Assembly: GCA_036649855.1 (NCBI GenBank)
Contig: JAVWAV010000006.1
Location: 1-38,306 of the forward strand
Source: Bacilli bacterium
Lineage (GTDB): Bacteria; Bacillota_I; Bacilli_A; RFN20; CAG-826
Reading direction: 5' to 3'
DNA: 38,306 nucleotides
Shown here: piece by piece, positions 37,255 to 38,306 of the stretch
Position numbering within the stretch: position 1 is the stretch's first letter
Layout: each line of letters begins with the position of its first letter
Notes under the pieces: model-generated
What the model saw: only the letters and a program-made list of their open reading frames with translations
Told to the model about the DNA's origin: nothing
Databases searched by the model: none
Made by a program: the position numbers and the translations under genes

Positions 37255-37724
37255 TGAAAATTGGATTTGCTAAAGACATTCATTTATTAAAAAAGAATAT
37301 TGTTCTGAAACTAGGTGGAGTAACAATTCCATCAAAATTTGGACTAGTTAGTAACACTGATGGTGATGTTGTTTTACACGCCGTTTCAGAGGCGTTGCTT
37401 GGTGCTCTTGCATTAGGTGATTTAGGTCAACATTTTCCTGATGATAATGATTCTTGCAAAAATATGTCGTCAAGTGATATTGCTAAAAAAGTTAATGAAT
37501 TAGTAAAATTAAAAGGCTATTCAATTTCAAATATTGATGTCTCAATTGAATTAGAACAAATTAAGTTAAAAGACTATATTTTCCAAATTAGAATGAGTAT
37601 TGCAGGGTTATTTGAAATTGATATGGAAAATGTTAGCGTAAAAGCTATGACAAATGAAGGAATGGATGCAACGGGAAAAGCCAAAGCTTGTATTGCTTAT
37701 GCTGTTGTTCTTGTGGAGAAATAA
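37251..37724 (+). CDS. ispF: 2-C-methyl-D-erythritol 2,4-cyclodiphosphate synthase
   Basis: KDIH, LGGVTIP, TDGDVVLHA, GDLGQHFPD, VSVKAMTNE. Confidence 0.9.
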   Translation: MMKIGFAKDIHLLKKNIVLKLGGVTIPSKFGLVSNTDGDVVLHAVSEALLGALALGDLGQHFPDDNDSCKNMSSSDIAKKVNELVKLKGYSISNIDVSIELEQIKLKDYIFQIRMSIAGLFEIDMENVSVKAMTNEGMDATGKAKACIAYAVVLVEK

Positions 37725-37725
37725 T

Positions 37726-38306
37726 ATGGATAAAAAAGTTAGAGTTAGATATGCACCAAGTCCATCCGGATATTTGCATATTGGTGGAGCAAGAAGCGCA
37801 TTATTTAATTATTTATTTGCTAAAAGATATGGCGGAGATTTTGTTTTTAGAATTGAAGATACTGATATCGCAAGAAATATTGAAGGGGCTGAATATAGTC
37901 AACTTCATGATTTAATTTGGCTTAACATAATTCCAGATGAATCAATTGAAAAAATGAATCCTAAATATGCTCCATATAGACAAACTGAAAAAATTGCTTT
38001 ATATCAAGAATATGCTCAAAAACTTATAGATATGGGTTACGCTTATGAATGTTTTTGCAATGAAGAAGAAATTGAAGCTTCCCGTTTAGAACAAGAAAAA
38101 AATGGAAACATGTCCTATAAATATGATCGTAAATGCATGAATTTAACAAAAGAAGAAAAAGAAAAGTTTAGAAAAGAAGGACGCATTCCTTCAATTAGAC
38201 TTAAAGTTCCAACCGATCAAACAATCGAATTTGATGATCTGGTTAGAGGTAAAGTATCTTTTAACAGTGATGATTTTGGTGATTTTGTTATTATTAAATC
38301 AAATGG
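37726..38306 (+). CDS. gltX: Glutamate--tRNA ligase, 5' part (runs off the window)
   Basis: Not in the ORF track. ATG 37726 gives MDKKVRVRYAPSPSGYLHIGGARSALFNYLFA...RIEDTD (HIGH-type motif). Confidence 0.96.
   Translation, partial: MDKKVRVRYAPSPSGYLHIGGARSALFNYLFAKRYGGDFVFRIEDTDIARNIEGAEYSQLHDLIWLNIIPDESIEKMNPKYAPYRQTEKIALYQEYAQKLIDMGYAYECFCNEEEIEASRLEQEKNGNMSYKYDRKCMNLTKEEKEKFRKEGRIPSIRLKVPTDQTIEFDDLVRGKVSFNSDDFGDFVIIKSN

Noticed and set aside
37688-37915. Cys-rich ORF (MYCLCCCSCGEIIW...) as a possible rSAM precursor peptide
   Set aside because: It is an alternative frame overlapping ispF and gltX. The Cys run comes from GCT/GTT codons read out of frame, there is no SD, and it lies 32 kb from the rSAM.
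1-38306. CRISPR arrays, tRNA/rRNA genes, transposases, integrases or prophage genes; UGA=Trp recoding
   Set aside because: None was recognised by eye. Conserved genes are uninterrupted under the standard code, and several (mnmG, ychF) end in TGA.

Overview
An AT-rich bacterial chromosome segment using the standard genetic code (TGA stops, Trp=TGG). Gene content and order point to a genome-reduced Bacilli / Erysipelotrichia-Mollicutes-related lineage; this taxonomy is inference only. Bases 1-5624 are an accessory cluster: the 3' end of an unknown beta-rich protein, two hairpin-less membrane-fusion (adaptor)-like proteins flanking a MacB/LolD-type ABC ATPase and permease, and a radical SAM/SPASM enzyme resembling peptide maturases. 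No precursor peptide is visible in the window. The rest is mostly core genome: sufCDSUB-mnmG-rsmG-parA-parB, ferredoxin, cmk-der-HU, a very short CCA-adding enzyme-dnaD-nth, recU and a DEDDh exonuclease, gpsB-rnpB (type B RNase P RNA)-pgsA-cinA(C)-recA, rny-ymdB-miaB-ymcA-miaA, fhs, DUF951, two tandem fused ABC ATPase-permease genes, a cold-shock protein, ychF, ispF and the 5' part of gltX. The best leads are the rSAM/dual-adaptor export locus, the ~205-aa minimal tRNA nucleotidyltransferase, a ParB with degenerate CTP and parS motifs, repeated leaderless-type promoters, a three-way-junction RNA over the recA stop, and the absence of ponA and mutSL from their usual positions. All calls come from reading the sequence; no database searches were run.
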